A DNA stretch of 63,194 nucleotides, filler included, from Octopus bimaculoides (GCF_001194135.2; 6 parts of 6 records of this genome joined end to end with filler, not necessarily neighbours in it); one strand, 5' to 3'. Numbered from the whole stretch's first letter, positions 1 through 12,614 are shown. Made by a program: numbers and translations. The notes: generated by a model not told the origin, from the sequence alone.

Positions 1-193
1 GACACGTAAAAGCACCCACTACACTCTCTGAGTGGTTGGCGTTAGGAAGGGCATCCAGCTGTAGAAACTCTGCCAAATTAGATTGGAGCCTGGTGTTGCC
101 ATCCGGTTTCACCAGTCCTCAGTCAAATCGTCCAACCCATGCTAGCATGGAAAGCGGACGTTAAACGATGATGATGATGATGATGATGATGAT
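1..193 (+). mobile_element. Octopus-type SINE 3' part with (GAT)n tail
   Basis: Ends catgctagcatggaaagcggacgttaaacgatgatg; homologous copies at 30290, 31197 (minus), 9725 (minus) and 5640. Confidence 0.85.
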
Positions 194-1508
194 CACCAAA
201 ATAACTTCAAGTGATATTACTTATACAGTATGGATCACTGATGTTTGTTTGGGAATCTTTAACATTCTCACAATATTATATATTGAATATAGAGGCAAGA
301 ACTATGTGGTTAAGGAGTTTGCTTTTCAACCATACTGTCCTGAGTTCAGTCTCACTGTGCAGCACCTTGGGCAAGTGTTGTTTTGCTATAGCGCCAGGCA
401 GACCAAAGCTTTGTGAGTGAAATTTGGTGAATGGAAACTGAAAGAAGTTAATGGTATATTTATCTGTCTGTCTATCTATCTATCTGTTTGTTTGTCTGTT
501 TGTATATCTATCTGTCTGTCTGTCTGTCTGTTAGTGTGTGCATGTGTATTTGTGTGTTTATGAAAACATTCTTCTACTTGTCCTACAGTAAGTCAAGTTT
601 AATCATAATTTAGAACAAAACCTCTATTATCATTAAGTTATACAACAACAACAAAGGAGGAAGAAGAGGAGTAAACAAGAAGAAGAAGAAGGAGGAAAAA
701 GCTCTCTGAACATCTCTATCGAGGCTTTCTCTTCTAAAACTATTTCAACTAAATTTATAGTTGAAAATTGGTCAATTATTTTGTCAGATATAATTTGTTA
801 TAACTGCACTGATATCTAGTAGAAGAAATTCTAAGAAATTCTAAAAAAAATATGAAATAAAATAAAAAGAAAAATCAAATGGGGTTGTGGGGAGTGGAGA
901 GAAGAAGAGAATCATTGCATTGTATTTCTCTTGTGATATATTTTGGTATTGAAAAAAAAGTATATCTGACTTGTTATGATAATACTCACTATAACTATAA
1001 TGAGGAAATGATCGTGATAATGTTCACCATTGTCATCATCATCACAATCACCACCACCACCACCACCACCACAAAATATAAAAAAGTAAAAGATATGTAA
1101 TTGAAAAGTATAAAGTAAGATTTAAATATAAATAATATATATATATATAAAAGTAAAAATATACATATATATACATATAAGAAGAAAAAAAAGCTATATA
1201 TATATATTTACAGATATTTTGTTGGATGGCAGTTGACTTTTCAGGAATCCCTCTGCCCTTTGACGGGCCTTATTTTTCATCCCATAGGGTGTCCAACAAC
1301 ACCCTCCTCACCAAACAAGCCTGGTGGAGTTGCCAGTTTAATCGCTGACGACCCAACCATGCTATTGATGAAGATTTTGGGCCATATACCTCCTTAACAT
1401 ATGTCAGGTCACTCTTGAATGCTACTGGTAACATGTAATCCAGTACAACTTGTCACATACATACATACATACATACATAGGTGTAGCTGTGTGCTAAGAA
1501 GCTTGCTT

Positions 1509-1740
1509 AAGGCAGTGAGCTGGCAGAAACGCTAGCACGCCTGGTGAAATGCTTAGCGGTATTTCGTCTGCCGTTACGTTCTGAGTTCAAATTTCGCCGA
1601 GGTCGACTTTGCCTTTTATTCTTCCGGGGGTCGATAAATTAAGTACCAGTTACACACTGGAGTTGATGTAATCGACTTAATCCGTTTGTCTGTCCTTGTT
1701 TGTCCCCTCTGCGTGTAGCCCTTTATGGGCAGTAAAGAAA
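1509..1740 (+). mobile_element. tRNA-derived SINE nested inside another SINE
   Basis: 14-bp TSD taagaagcttgctt at 1495-1508 and 1741-1754; related copies at 6440-6820, 7085-7300, 35880-36065 and 61017-61085. Confidence 0.85.
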
Positions 1741-2031
1741 TAAGAAGCTTGCTTCCCTGCTACATTGTCCCAGGTTCAGTCTCACTGCATGGTACCTTGG
1801 GCAAGTGACTTCTGCAATAGCTCAGTGTCAACCAAAGCTTTGTGAGGGCATTTCAGAAATAGAAACTGAATGAAGAATATGGGACGGTTATTTTTACAGC
1901 TGTTTTTTTTGTATTTTTCCTTTCTCAGTTTCGCATTTTTTTTTTGTTAGTCTTTAATCATTTATTTATTTCTTTTTCAATCTCAGAATGCAGGAAATCC
2001 GAATAGCACCTGCAGATCAAAAGAATCTCAC

Positions 2032-2086
2032 CTGAATAACAAGTGATTCGAATTCACTTTGAGGTGACTCAGGTGCACAGTACAAG
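2032..2086 (-). CDS. 55-nt coding exon (I-LYCAPESPQSEFESLVIQ)
   Basis: Acceptor tattttgctgttatttcag, donor CAG|GTGAGA. Phase 2 start matches the 32-nt exon; 9+32+55 = 96 nt of open frame. Confidence 0.6.
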
Positions 2087-2279
2087 CTGAAATAACAGCA
2101 AAATATCAATATCCAACATTTACATTCACTATGGGTAATTTGTTTCATCCAGTTTGAAATATTCAGTATTTTTAACACTCAACATGTCTAAAGGGACTTT
2201 CCCCTGAGCAGATCCCACAGCCAGTAAGTATATAAACAAAAACACATACATAAAATATGTAACATTGGTAATGTATATA

Positions 2280-2321
<42 letters not shown>

Positions 2322-2400
2322 CACACACACATACACGCACATATGTATATATATGTATGTATGTATGTATATTATTTATCTAAAGGTCGCAATACATGTA

Positions 2401-2630
2401 TTAACCCTTTCGTTACTGTATTTATTTTGTGATACTCTGTGTTTCTTTCAATTAATTTTAAATATGCCAAAGAATTTAGTAAATTAACTTAGTTATCATT
2501 AAGCTAGTGCTAGGAACATAAATTGTGACTAAAGTTTGGTGGAAGAATTCAATTCAAAACTTATGAACACAAAATATTTGAACTACAGAGCCAGAGGGAG
2601 TTTCAGCCGGGTTGGTATCGAAAGGGTTAA
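2401..2630. mobile_element. piggyBac-type MITE
   Basis: TTAA at both ends; TIR ttaaccctttcgttac versus ttaaccctttcgatac. Confidence 0.8.
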
Positions 2631-2703
2631 AGCGCTACTAATAGTTTCATATGTTGAGAGAACTGAAACATATTCTTCTGGCACAAACCACATATCATAA
2701 CGA

Positions 2704-2922
2704 TAGGTTGGTGCATAATTATTGCGGCCTTTTTTCAATAAATTTTATTCAATGAAAAATTTTAATAAAATGCCAACTTAAACAAAACGCCAAGCAGAAA
2801 TTGAAGTGGATGGTGAATATGCTCCGGAATAATCATTTAAAGATGTTTTTGTTAAATGTTGTTATTGTTTTTGTTGAATAAAGTTTATTGAAAAAAGCCA
2901 CAATAATTATACACCAACCTAA
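2704..2922. mobile_element. Mariner-type MITE with MADE1/Hsmar1-like TIRs
   Basis: About 40-bp imperfect TIRs starting taggttggtgcataattattgcgg. Confidence 0.8.
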
Positions 2923-3026
2923 TATTAGTAATGATTTAATACATGTATTGTGACATTTAAATAAATAATATTTATCTCTCACCAATGGAGCACTTTTTTG
3001 TTGAATTTTCTATCATGGATCAGTAC

Positions 3027-3069
<43 letters not shown>

Positions 3070-4049
3070 ATAGATAGATATAGTAGACAAGTTAGAATAA
3101 TAGTCATTACATATAAATCCTTTACTATAGCTAATTTGGCTTACAGTAGTCGTTGCTGGAAATTTCCAGTAATGGCTCTGACGAAGGTATTATTAATTTT
3201 CTTACGTCTTTCAATTTACCTCAATTGATCAATACACCAATTGAGTAAAGCTATCTATAATGACTACTCGAAACAGCTGTAAGTCAAATTTGCTCTAATA
3301 AAGGAGTTATGTGTAATGACCTTTATTTTTAATTTGTTTCTTATATATCAATCAGTTTATCTGAAGCCCATCCATAGATTTACAATATAGAATTGTGATA
3401 AACCATAACTTTGGATCCTACCACCTTAAGTTGCTTAGAATATTAGCAAATCATTTTTATTCGTTTTCTCACTCAACACTGATGAGTGCAAATCACAAAC
3501 TACACATCGTTGCTATTATGTTAAGCTGAAACTGTTGCTAATATAAAAATAAATGGAATGGTGAAATTATTTTTTTCCTTTTCTGAAAAAAGCAACATTT
3601 TGGACTTACTACACTTTTGCATAATAGCAACAATACATACATACATATATATATTTCAAGGGACATAATCGATGCCTAAACGATTTTTGTTTGGTTGTCA
3701 CATCTTCTTGAATATTACCACAGAAAGTAATAATGTAGATGTAGATATAATCATTATTTTACAAAAACAAAAAGCAAATAAAAATTTCTGCAGTAATTCT
3801 CAGCAAACGAATCTGTGACTGTTTATTGAATTTGCACTTAATTTTTTCCTTTTCTTCCTTTTTTTTTGGCCTTTTTTTCCCCTCTTTCTCCATTAACCTT
3901 TAAAACCTAAAATCTTTAAATACTCCATGTTTTTTTTATTACAGCTGTTTTTTGTTCTTCCTTTTTCATTTTTATTTTGGTTATTCTTTAGTCGTTTCTT
4001 TACCTTCATTTATCTTTATTTTTTGCATTTTCCTTTTTTCAATTTCAAG

Positions 4050-4076
4050 CTTACTTGGGTGACTCATTCACTGGGT
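4050..4076 (+). other. Candidate 27-nt plus-strand microexon (YLGDSFTG in phase 1, or LTWVTHSLG in phase 0)
   Basis: Very long T/C tract ending tttcaag; donor GGT|GTAAGT. Confidence 0.45.
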
Positions 4077-4252
4077 GTAAGTAAATATATGTACGTACTT
4101 GTGAAGCACCTCTTCAACAAAGTTACACATACATACATTCCTGCATGTGTTTAAATACACTATGATTTGATATGAGGGCACTTTACTCTGGTGCGACAAA
4201 CAAAACTTCACTGACAGAAAGCAATATTGTTATATATGCTTACACATCGATT

Positions 4253-4297
<45 letters not shown>

Positions 4298-5094
4298 CAC
4301 ACACAGGTATACATGTATATGTGTGTATATGTATATATATGTATTATATATATATATAAATATATATATAAACATATATATGCATATATATTTCTCAATA
4401 TATATAAGCATATATATATATACATATATACACGCACACATATATGAATATATATTTATATGTATATACATATTTGTATATGTCCACACACACACATATT
4501 TATTCAGACACACACTTGTGCAGTGGTATTGTAATAACAAAATAAAGATATCTGCATCTATGAATGTAAATGTGTGTGTATACATACATACATACATATA
4601 TATATTCATTCATACCTACATGCACATACACACATGACACACACATGCACTCACATGTGCACAAATGTGCAGTGGGATTATAGGAATCAAATAAGGATTT
4701 TTTTTTACATAAGCAAGATCACTCATTTGTACGTAAACGCATGCAGGAATACAAATGCACAGACAAACATATCCACATACATAAACCATACATTATCTAA
4801 ATATATTTCGTAGTTTAGAGTCACAGATACACAAACATTCAAGCATGATGACGCAACAAACTTCATGCAAATATTAAAGTCTTTATGTATTCTATTATTT
4901 TTTTCTCCTTATTTGGCTCATCCAATCTGTTTTCTGTAATTAAATATCATTTGTCGGTCACCCCTAGATATTATAATAGAATATTCAGCTTTATATCTGA
5001 TATTTCTGGGTTATCAAAGACCAGACACAATAAAAAGATGATTAGGTCAATGCTATATAACTTCAGGGTACATAAGCAACATTTTTGCTTTTAG

Positions 5095-5147
5095 CTTTAC
5101 AAGCAGAAGCATTTGATGAAAAAGAAGACGAGATAGAGACACAATAA
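5095..5147 (+). other. Candidate plus-strand terminal exon (LQAEAFDEKEDEIETQ* in phase 1)
   Basis: Acceptor catttttgcttttag; phase compatible with 4050-4076. No nearby polyA signal found. Confidence 0.3.
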
Positions 5148-7429
5148 CTAGAAATTATTACAAAGTAATCTACCTAGGGCTACAATCCAAATTTGTGTCT
5201 GGTGCAAACTTCCATCGAAACCAGAAGGACTCTGCAAGGTGGATAGAGCCAATTTCCCCATTTTTCTGGTGTATGTATGCTCATCCATGTATGGGATGCC
5301 AGTCTGTCACAGAATTACTCATTTCTACAAGCTGAAAGGACTAGAGGAACCTGAAACGAAGTGTTTTGCTCAAGAACACAATGCCTCACCTGGTCCATGA
5401 ATTGAAACCACAATCTTACAATCATGAGTCCAACACCTTAATCACCAAGCCACACACCTCTGTCCCTATCCTCTCTTATATTTACTTTCTGGTACCTTGA
5501 AGGTATGCTCAAATACTTCATCATTACCATCTTTTCTCTATTTCCAGCTAGGGTAGCCATGTATCTCCTTTTTAGCAGAACACCTTTTCTTGTCTTTCTT
5601 TCACACTTCAGCCTCATCAATGCTACAACTCCACTCAGTTGAGGGGGCTTGTTTTGCAAGTTACTTGGTGACCTCACTAGAGCTGGTGCCACAAAAATAG
5701 AAAAAAATGGACCCAGTAGACATTGTTAAATTTTTTTGCATTAGGAAGGCCATCCAGCTATAAAAACCATGCTAAAACAGGCACTGGAACTGGATGCAGT
5801 CCTTTATCTCATCAGATCCCTTTGAACTGTTCAATCTTTGCCAGCATGGAAGATGGACATTTAATGAGGATGATGATAATGATGAATATATAAGAATGAC
5901 ATTATTATATATCATACAATATATATATTATATATTATATTACAAGAAAGGAGTAAAGATCCCCACCTTCGGCCATGAATGACCATAGGATTGCACCTAA
6001 AAATTTCCCTCTGAGGCACAAATCTGGGCAATGTTGTCTATGGAAGACCAGCAATCACCCATGCATACCAGCCTCCCCTCTCCATGCCACCAATGGTAGC
6101 CAAGGGAAAGGCAAGGGTCGATACAGCTTGGCACCAGTGATGTCACAACTCATTTCTACAGCTGGAACAACATGATATAAAGTGTCTTGCTCAAGAACAC
6201 AACACATAGCCCAGTCCAAGAATCGAACTCACTCCCTCATGATTGTGTACCTGACACTATAACCACTGAGCCATGTGCCTTCACTGTATATTCTATTATA
6301 TGTTTTATTCTATTACATGTCATTATCTTAAAGTATATCTGATGGTTGATAGATCGGTAGAATTAGTACAGCAATGGAGAGCAAAAATGTTAAACAGTAT
6401 TAAGTTAAGTGCAGACAGGAAAGATTTGAAATGACTATTGTGGGTTGGTAGAAGCATTTAAGCATTGTGCAAATTGCCTGCAGTATTTAGTCACAACTCT
6501 TTTCATTCAGAGTTCAAATCCACCAAGGTCAAATTTGCTTTCATCCATCTGGAGTCAAAGTGCTGGGGGTCTGTTTAATATTCCTATAAAGCAAAAGTGG
6601 AAAGCTGGCAGAATTGTTAATGTGCCAGGCAAACCGCTTATCAGTATTTCCTCTGGTACTTTATGCTTTGAGTTCAAATGCCCCAAGATCAACTCTACTT
6701 TTCATCCTTTTGGGGTTGATAAAACAAAGTACCAGTGAACTACTGGGATCGATGTGATCAAGTATTCTTGCCACCTTCTAAAATTGCTGGCTTTGTGCCA
6801 AAATTAGAAAGAATAATCACTTATAAAGTACATCAGATATGATGGAATTATAAGAGAACACTCAGATTATTGGAATTCAGTTAACCACAAAATTACTTAA
6901 TTTACTGACGATGGTTCACAGAATTGATAAATTATTGTCTTAAAGTCTTTTGGTGATCAATTGATTGATTATGTATTACACTAGATAGCATCTGAAAAAT
7001 TATATAATCGAGTAAAACAATGTCTGGCTTATGAATTTTGCAGACATCTTTCAGATCTGTTTCCATCCCTGAATTCAAGATGGTAAGCTGGAAGAATTGT
7101 TAGTGTGTCAGACACAATGCTTTAGACGCATTTCTTCCGACCCTTTATATTCTGAGTTCAAATTCTACCAAGGTTGATTTTTGCTTTTCATCCTCTCAGG
7201 GTTGATAAAATGAGGACCAGTTGAGCACTGGGACCAGTGTATTCAACTATTCTCCCCTCTCTAAAAATTACTGGCCTTGTGCCAAAATTTGAAACAAGTA
7301 TTTATTACTAAATTCACTTTGATATACATCGTTAATAAAGACCTATTTAACAAAGTACCTTTTGTTGTTTACTTGCTTCCAGCATTCAACTGGACCATGA
7401 TGTATATACATATGTACATTTTTTTTTTT

Positions 7430-7853
7430 TTGTTTCAGTCATTTGACTGTGGCCCTGCAGGAGCACCACTTTTAGCCGAGTAAATTGACCCCAAGACTTT
7501 ATTCTTTGTAAGCTTAATACTTGTTCTATCGGTCTCTTTTGCTGAGCCGCTAAGTTACGGAGACGTAAACATACCAGCATCGGTTGTCAAGCGATGTTGG
7601 GGGGACAAACACAGACACACAAACACACACACACACACATATATATATACGACAGGCTTCTTTCAGTTTCTGTCTACCAAATCCACTCACAAGGCTTTGG
7701 TTGGCCCAAGGCTGTAGTAGAAGACACTTGCCCAAGGTGCCACACAGTAAGACTGAACCCAGAACCATGTGGTTAGTAAGCAAGCTACTTACCACTGAGC
7801 TTCACATAGTTTCCATCTATCAAAGCAAACTCCTTAACCACACAGCTATGCCA
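7430..7853 (-). mobile_element. tRNA-derived SINE (family with internal CA/TA microsatellite)
   Basis: Colinear with copies at 13520, 35137 and 46670; tRNA-like head (gttcagtc box). Confidence 0.85.
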
Positions 7854-7880
7854 GTGGGTTTTCAGGTAATAGATATAACA

Positions 7881-8476
7881 TTAACCTTTAGCATTTAAAC
7901 TGTCCATATCAGGCCTGAATATTCAATCTGTTTTATGCTCAAACCAGCCAGATCTGGCCTCTTACACCTACCCTACAATGTCATTCTAAAAATAAGCAAC
8001 CACATCATCAAAATCTTGAAGCATCATTAATTCAAAACAATGTGAATAAATAAGCTTTATATTTGACAGAGTGGAGGCGCAATGGCCCAGTGGTTAGGGC
8101 AGCAGACTCGCTGCCATAGGATCGCGGTTTCGATTCCCAGACCGGGCGTTGTGAGTGTTTATTGAGCAAAAACACCTAAAGCTCCACGAGGCTCCGGCAG
8201 GGGATGGTGAACCCTGCTGTACTCTTTCACCACAACTTTCTCTCACTCTTACTTCCTGTTTCTGTTGTGCCTGTAATTCAAAGGGTCAGCCTTGTCACAC
8301 TGTGTCACACTGTATATCCCCGAGGGATACACGTGTCTGTGGAGTGCTCAGCCACTTGCACATTAATTTCACGAGCAGGCTGTTCCGTTGATCGGATCAA
8401 CTGGAACCCTCGACGTTGTAAGCGACGGAGTGCCAACAACAACAACATTTGACAGAGTATTCTGAATGCTAAAGGG
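7881..8476. mobile_element. piggyBac-type MITE interrupted by a SINE
   Basis: Ends ttaacctttagca and tgctaaaggg; a related left end lies at 10335-10440. Confidence 0.65.
8073..8446 (+). mobile_element. Full-length tRNA-derived SINE with (CAA)n tail
   Basis: A/B-box-like head; 12-bp TSD atttgacagagt at 8061-8072 and 8447-8458; partial minus copies at 40262-40408 and 36095-36152. Confidence 0.9.
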
Positions 8477-8784
8477 CTTATAAAGACTTATTAACAAAAA
8501 CATATCTTTTAATAATAAACAGTTTTGAAGGATTTTTTTGGTTGACAGGAACTTATTAGTGGTGTATTTGGTTTCTAACATTGGCAGTAGTCTAGAGAAT
8601 TTTTATGCGGGTACAGACGATTGTATTGAGCTTAGTACTTGGCTGTAATTTCATTATATCAAGCCTAGAAGGATGAAAGGTAGAGTTGACCGCAGTGTGT
8701 GATATTAAGAGCGCATTTCCCACAGGATGGGAAAACAGGAGACTGTTAATTAAGATGCTACAATAATCGAATGCATAATGACGT

Positions 8785-8910
8785 TAATAATGTTCAATAA
8801 ATCTTTATTGGTTCAGTAGAAACTTCATCTCTTTATATTGAAAACAGGATGTGTATAAATTTATATGTCTATGTGGGGGAGTGCATGTGTGTGTTTGTGA
8901 TTTGTTGTGT

Positions 8911-8941
<31 letters not shown>

Positions 8942-9068
8942 TATTGGTTTTGGACGTGTGTAGATATGAGAGAATACTACAAAACTTGCTGAACCACAAA
9001 TCTGTGAGAAAAGTGAATGGAGACGGGAGGGGGGCAGAAGTGAAAAGAGAATTGCTCAGGGACACCTT
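8785..9068 (-). other. Candidate alternative terminal exon
   Basis: CTAAC branch point about 30 nt upstream of ttgtttgttttacatacag; AATAAA at 8809-8804; no strong donor. Confidence 0.35.
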
Positions 9069-9462
9069 CTGTATGTAAAACAAACAATTAAAATAAATGT
9101 TAGCAGAGTCAATGTAACAAGCTTAGAATGTTTAATTAATTAAAATTACACTCGTAATGAGAAGGAAAAAAAAACCTGTTCATTAGCTTAATAGTTTACT
9201 CTAGTCACAAAGTTCAAACAAGAAAACTGAAATTTAAATTAATAAGATTTAATGTGAGATAGACAATTGGAAGTGAATCTGATGTTTGGCAGCAAGATGA
9301 CTAATCCATGCATGTTTCAGTCTTATTAGACCTCGCCAGCAAAGAATTATCTTTACCAGTGCTTGCCTGGCCTTAAGATGAGTGAGAGATAGTGAACTTA
9401 TTCGGCCTTGAAATAGCAAAAGAAGCATCCATGTGGTCACTCAGCCTACTAGAAATAGTTGT

Positions 9463-9630
9463 CAATTTTGATGGATGATTTAAATTTAGATCACTTGAAA
9501 GTACAACATTTCTATCCTAGAATTAGGGTCTTAGGCACGTTTTGGGGCATAAATTAGCATGAAATTCTGATGGATGATTTTAATTTAGATCACTTGAAAA
9601 TACAAAATTGGTATCATAGAGCTAGGGCTG
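9463..9630 (+). repeat. About 99-bp-unit tandem repeat, inverted partner of 10795-11040
   Basis: gatggatgattt(t/a)aatttagatcacttgaaa repeated; near-identical reverse complement downstream. Confidence 0.85.
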
Positions 9631-10613
9631 GTCTCAGGTACATCGGTATCAAATGGACTAATGCAAATACATCATAGAAAGTCAAATCAACTGTGGAATT
9701 TATCCAGAGATAATATCTCTTATGGATCATCATCATCATCATCATCGTCGTCGTCGTCGTCGTCATCATTTTATGTCCATTTTCCAAGCTGGCGTGGGTT
9801 GAATGGTTTGACAGGAGCTGGCAAGCCAGAGGGCTGCACCAGGCTCCGGTCATCGGTTTCTACAGCTGGATGCCCTTCCTTAATGCCAGCCACTTTACAG
9901 AGTACCAGATGCTTTTTATGTCATTCCACCTCGGGTGCTTTTTATGTGGTTCCACTACAGGAGCTTTTTATGTGACACTGGCATGGCTACTTTGTATGTA
10001 GCACCAGCATAGGTGCTTTTTTTACATGGCATCGGTCTCTTATAGATGTATTGCACTAAATAACCCAACATGCGTCTGTTGCACACAAAGAATCTTTATA
10101 TCTTAGTGCTTTCATATACAGTGGTGGTGGTGGTGGTGGTGGTGGTGTTAGATAAGTAGTTATGAGAAGCAGCTTGGTATGTCAATAAAATAACGAAATT
10201 ATATTTAAAAATGTAAAAAATACAAATTGGAATTTGGTGCTTCAATTTATTGAATAAAATACAAAAAGTATTTAATAATTGCCTGTTATGTAAATTATTT
10301 ATATTTATCAGTTAAATTATATAACATTTTAAAAACCCTTTAACATTTAAACTGACCATATCTGACCCAAATATTCTACCTGTTTTATGTTCAAACTGAT
10401 CCAATCCAGCTTCTCACACCTATCCTACAATGTAGTTCTACATTTAAGAGATGAGGAATTATGTACATTATTTACATTATTTACATTTGACAGATATTTA
10501 TCCTCATCTTGTTTGTTGTTAACACAACGTTTTGGCTGATATACCCTCCAGCCTTCTTCAGGTGTCTTGGGAAAATTTCGAACCTGGGTTCTCATTCCTA
10601 AGGTATTTTTCGA

Positions 10614-10659
<46 letters not shown>

Positions 10660-10794
10660 ATTATTATTCTGCTCATTAGACTTGGGATCAAGCAAAACTA
10701 ATTTCTTGGATAGGTAGAAAGCCAGAATCTACAAAAAACACATATTGCCTACAGCATTATCTTACAACAGGATGAAAAGTGTCATCCCTTTAAA

Positions 10795-11040
10795 TTAAAT
10801 TAAAATCATCCATCAGAATTTCATGCTAATTTATGCCCCAAAACGTGCCTAAGACCCTAATGCTAGGATACAAATGTTGTACTTTCAAGTGATCTAAATT
10901 AAAATCATCCATCAAAATTTCATGCTAATTTATGCCTGAAAACCTGCCTAAAAACGTAGTTCTATGGATATAAATTTTGTATTTTCAAGTGATTGAAATA
11001 AAGACTTTCTATCAAAATTTTGTTCAAATTTATGTCCAAC
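10795..11040 (-). repeat. About 99-bp-unit tandem repeat (2.5 units)
   Basis: aaaatcatccatca(g/a)aatttcatgctaatttatgcc repeated. Confidence 0.85.
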
Positions 11041-12585
11041 ATATCAGCTTAATCCCAAAAGAGTTATTTTACTAAATTTTTCATTATTTCCAGAACTTAT
11101 TGAAAGAGTGTATTACAACAGAAATATGGTAATAAACAGGTTAGTACTAAAATAAGTTCTTTTAAATTCCTTATTTATAAAGACACTTTAAATTACTGTG
11201 GTTTTGAGGTGCATCTGACATTCTCCTTTCTCATGTTGTTCTGCTTTTGACATCAGATATTCATCAATTTAGAAGAGTGCTCTTTTCCTTTACATCAACC
11301 ACTGAAATTCGTTATAATCAGATCTTAGTAATTTCTTTGCAATGAACTTGCTAATCACTTCACTTGCTTTCCTTGAAATTTGCTTGTACTAAAACTGATC
11401 ATTATCTCACTTAATTAAGCCAAGGTATGTTAAAAAAACCATCTGAGAAAATCATCAAAAACAGTTGGCGTCTTTTGATGATTAGTATGTTTAATGAACT
11501 AATTAATCAAAACAAAAAGAAAAAAAACAGAATGTTTGTGTCGAAAAGAGACATCAACTGAAGGCGGTACCCCAGCATGGCCATAAGCTATGATTGCTGC
11601 TAACATACAACCAAAGCTAAAGAACATCAAGCTAATAAAATTTTAGTGTAAAAAGCAACATTTTATTTATTAGCATCCAACATTGTGGGAAGTGTTTTCA
11701 CTAAAATAAATGATTTCAAAGAGTTGCAAAATGTCATACAAGCTGTTGTTGTATAAGCGTGTTCAAGGAGACCAATGATCAAAGGTGTTGCAGCCAGAGC
11801 CATCCTAGCAGATGGTTTTGGGTTCAGTCCCACTGCACAGCAACTTGAGTCAACCAATGCTTTGTGAGTGAATTTTGTAGATGGAAACTTTGTAAAAGCC
11901 TGTTGTTTAGTTATACCTATATCCATATCTATCTATCTATCTATCTATCTATCTAGATGCCTGTCTATCTATCTATCTATCTATATGTCTGTATGAGTGT
12001 CTGTCTATATAACTGACTGTCTGTCTATATGTCTGACTGTCTGTCTATATGTCTGTCTGTTTGAAAGAGATGATGATGGAGATGTGTTGGGATATACTGA
12101 CAAGGTACAGTGGTGATGATCATTTTAAGTGAATATAAGTGGTACAGAGGATTAATCAAGATGAATGAACATGGAAAAAGAGACGAGGGACATTTCATAA
12201 GAGTGTGGTTGGAGATGGTTAGAGATGAGGGCAGAGGTAATTCTGTAATTTTATTTCCAAGAAAAACCATGCCCTTTTCATTAACATAGCACCCCCTTGT
12301 GAGCTTAGAATGTTCTCTGCCAAGGGGGTACTATCCCCAAGGTTAAGCACCACTACTCTTGAATATATTATTATATTGAGAGAGTCAGTAGTGGCAACTG
12401 ATATCAGTACTGCGTAATTACATTTCATGTATTTACATCGAACAAAACAATAAACCAAATACCAAATATTACAAGTGTGTTCAATTCATGTCACTTATAA
12501 TGGGAAGTATAGAGTATAAGAGCAGGTGTCTAGTAGAAGCAATCTTGCTTTTTGCTTGTTGAAGCTAAGTGGTAGGAAAACATAC

Positions 12586-12614
12586 AAGTGTGAAGTAGCT
12601 CAGCTGATATTTTT
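12586..12614 (-). other. Candidate 29-nt cassette exon
   Basis: Acceptor gtatgttttctttgcag, donor CTT|GTATGT; length is not a multiple of 3. Confidence 0.4.

Noticed and set aside
4172-4813. YI/HT/CV/MYVC-repeat ORFs (also 27493-28584, 36801-37345, 58008-58427)
   Set aside because: Translations of (TA)n, (CA)n and (TACA)n microsatellites.
8073-8150. tRNA-like sequences (also 61605-61650 and SINE heads)
   Set aside because: They continue into SINE bodies with TSDs or tails and lack a complete cloverleaf; not tRNA genes.
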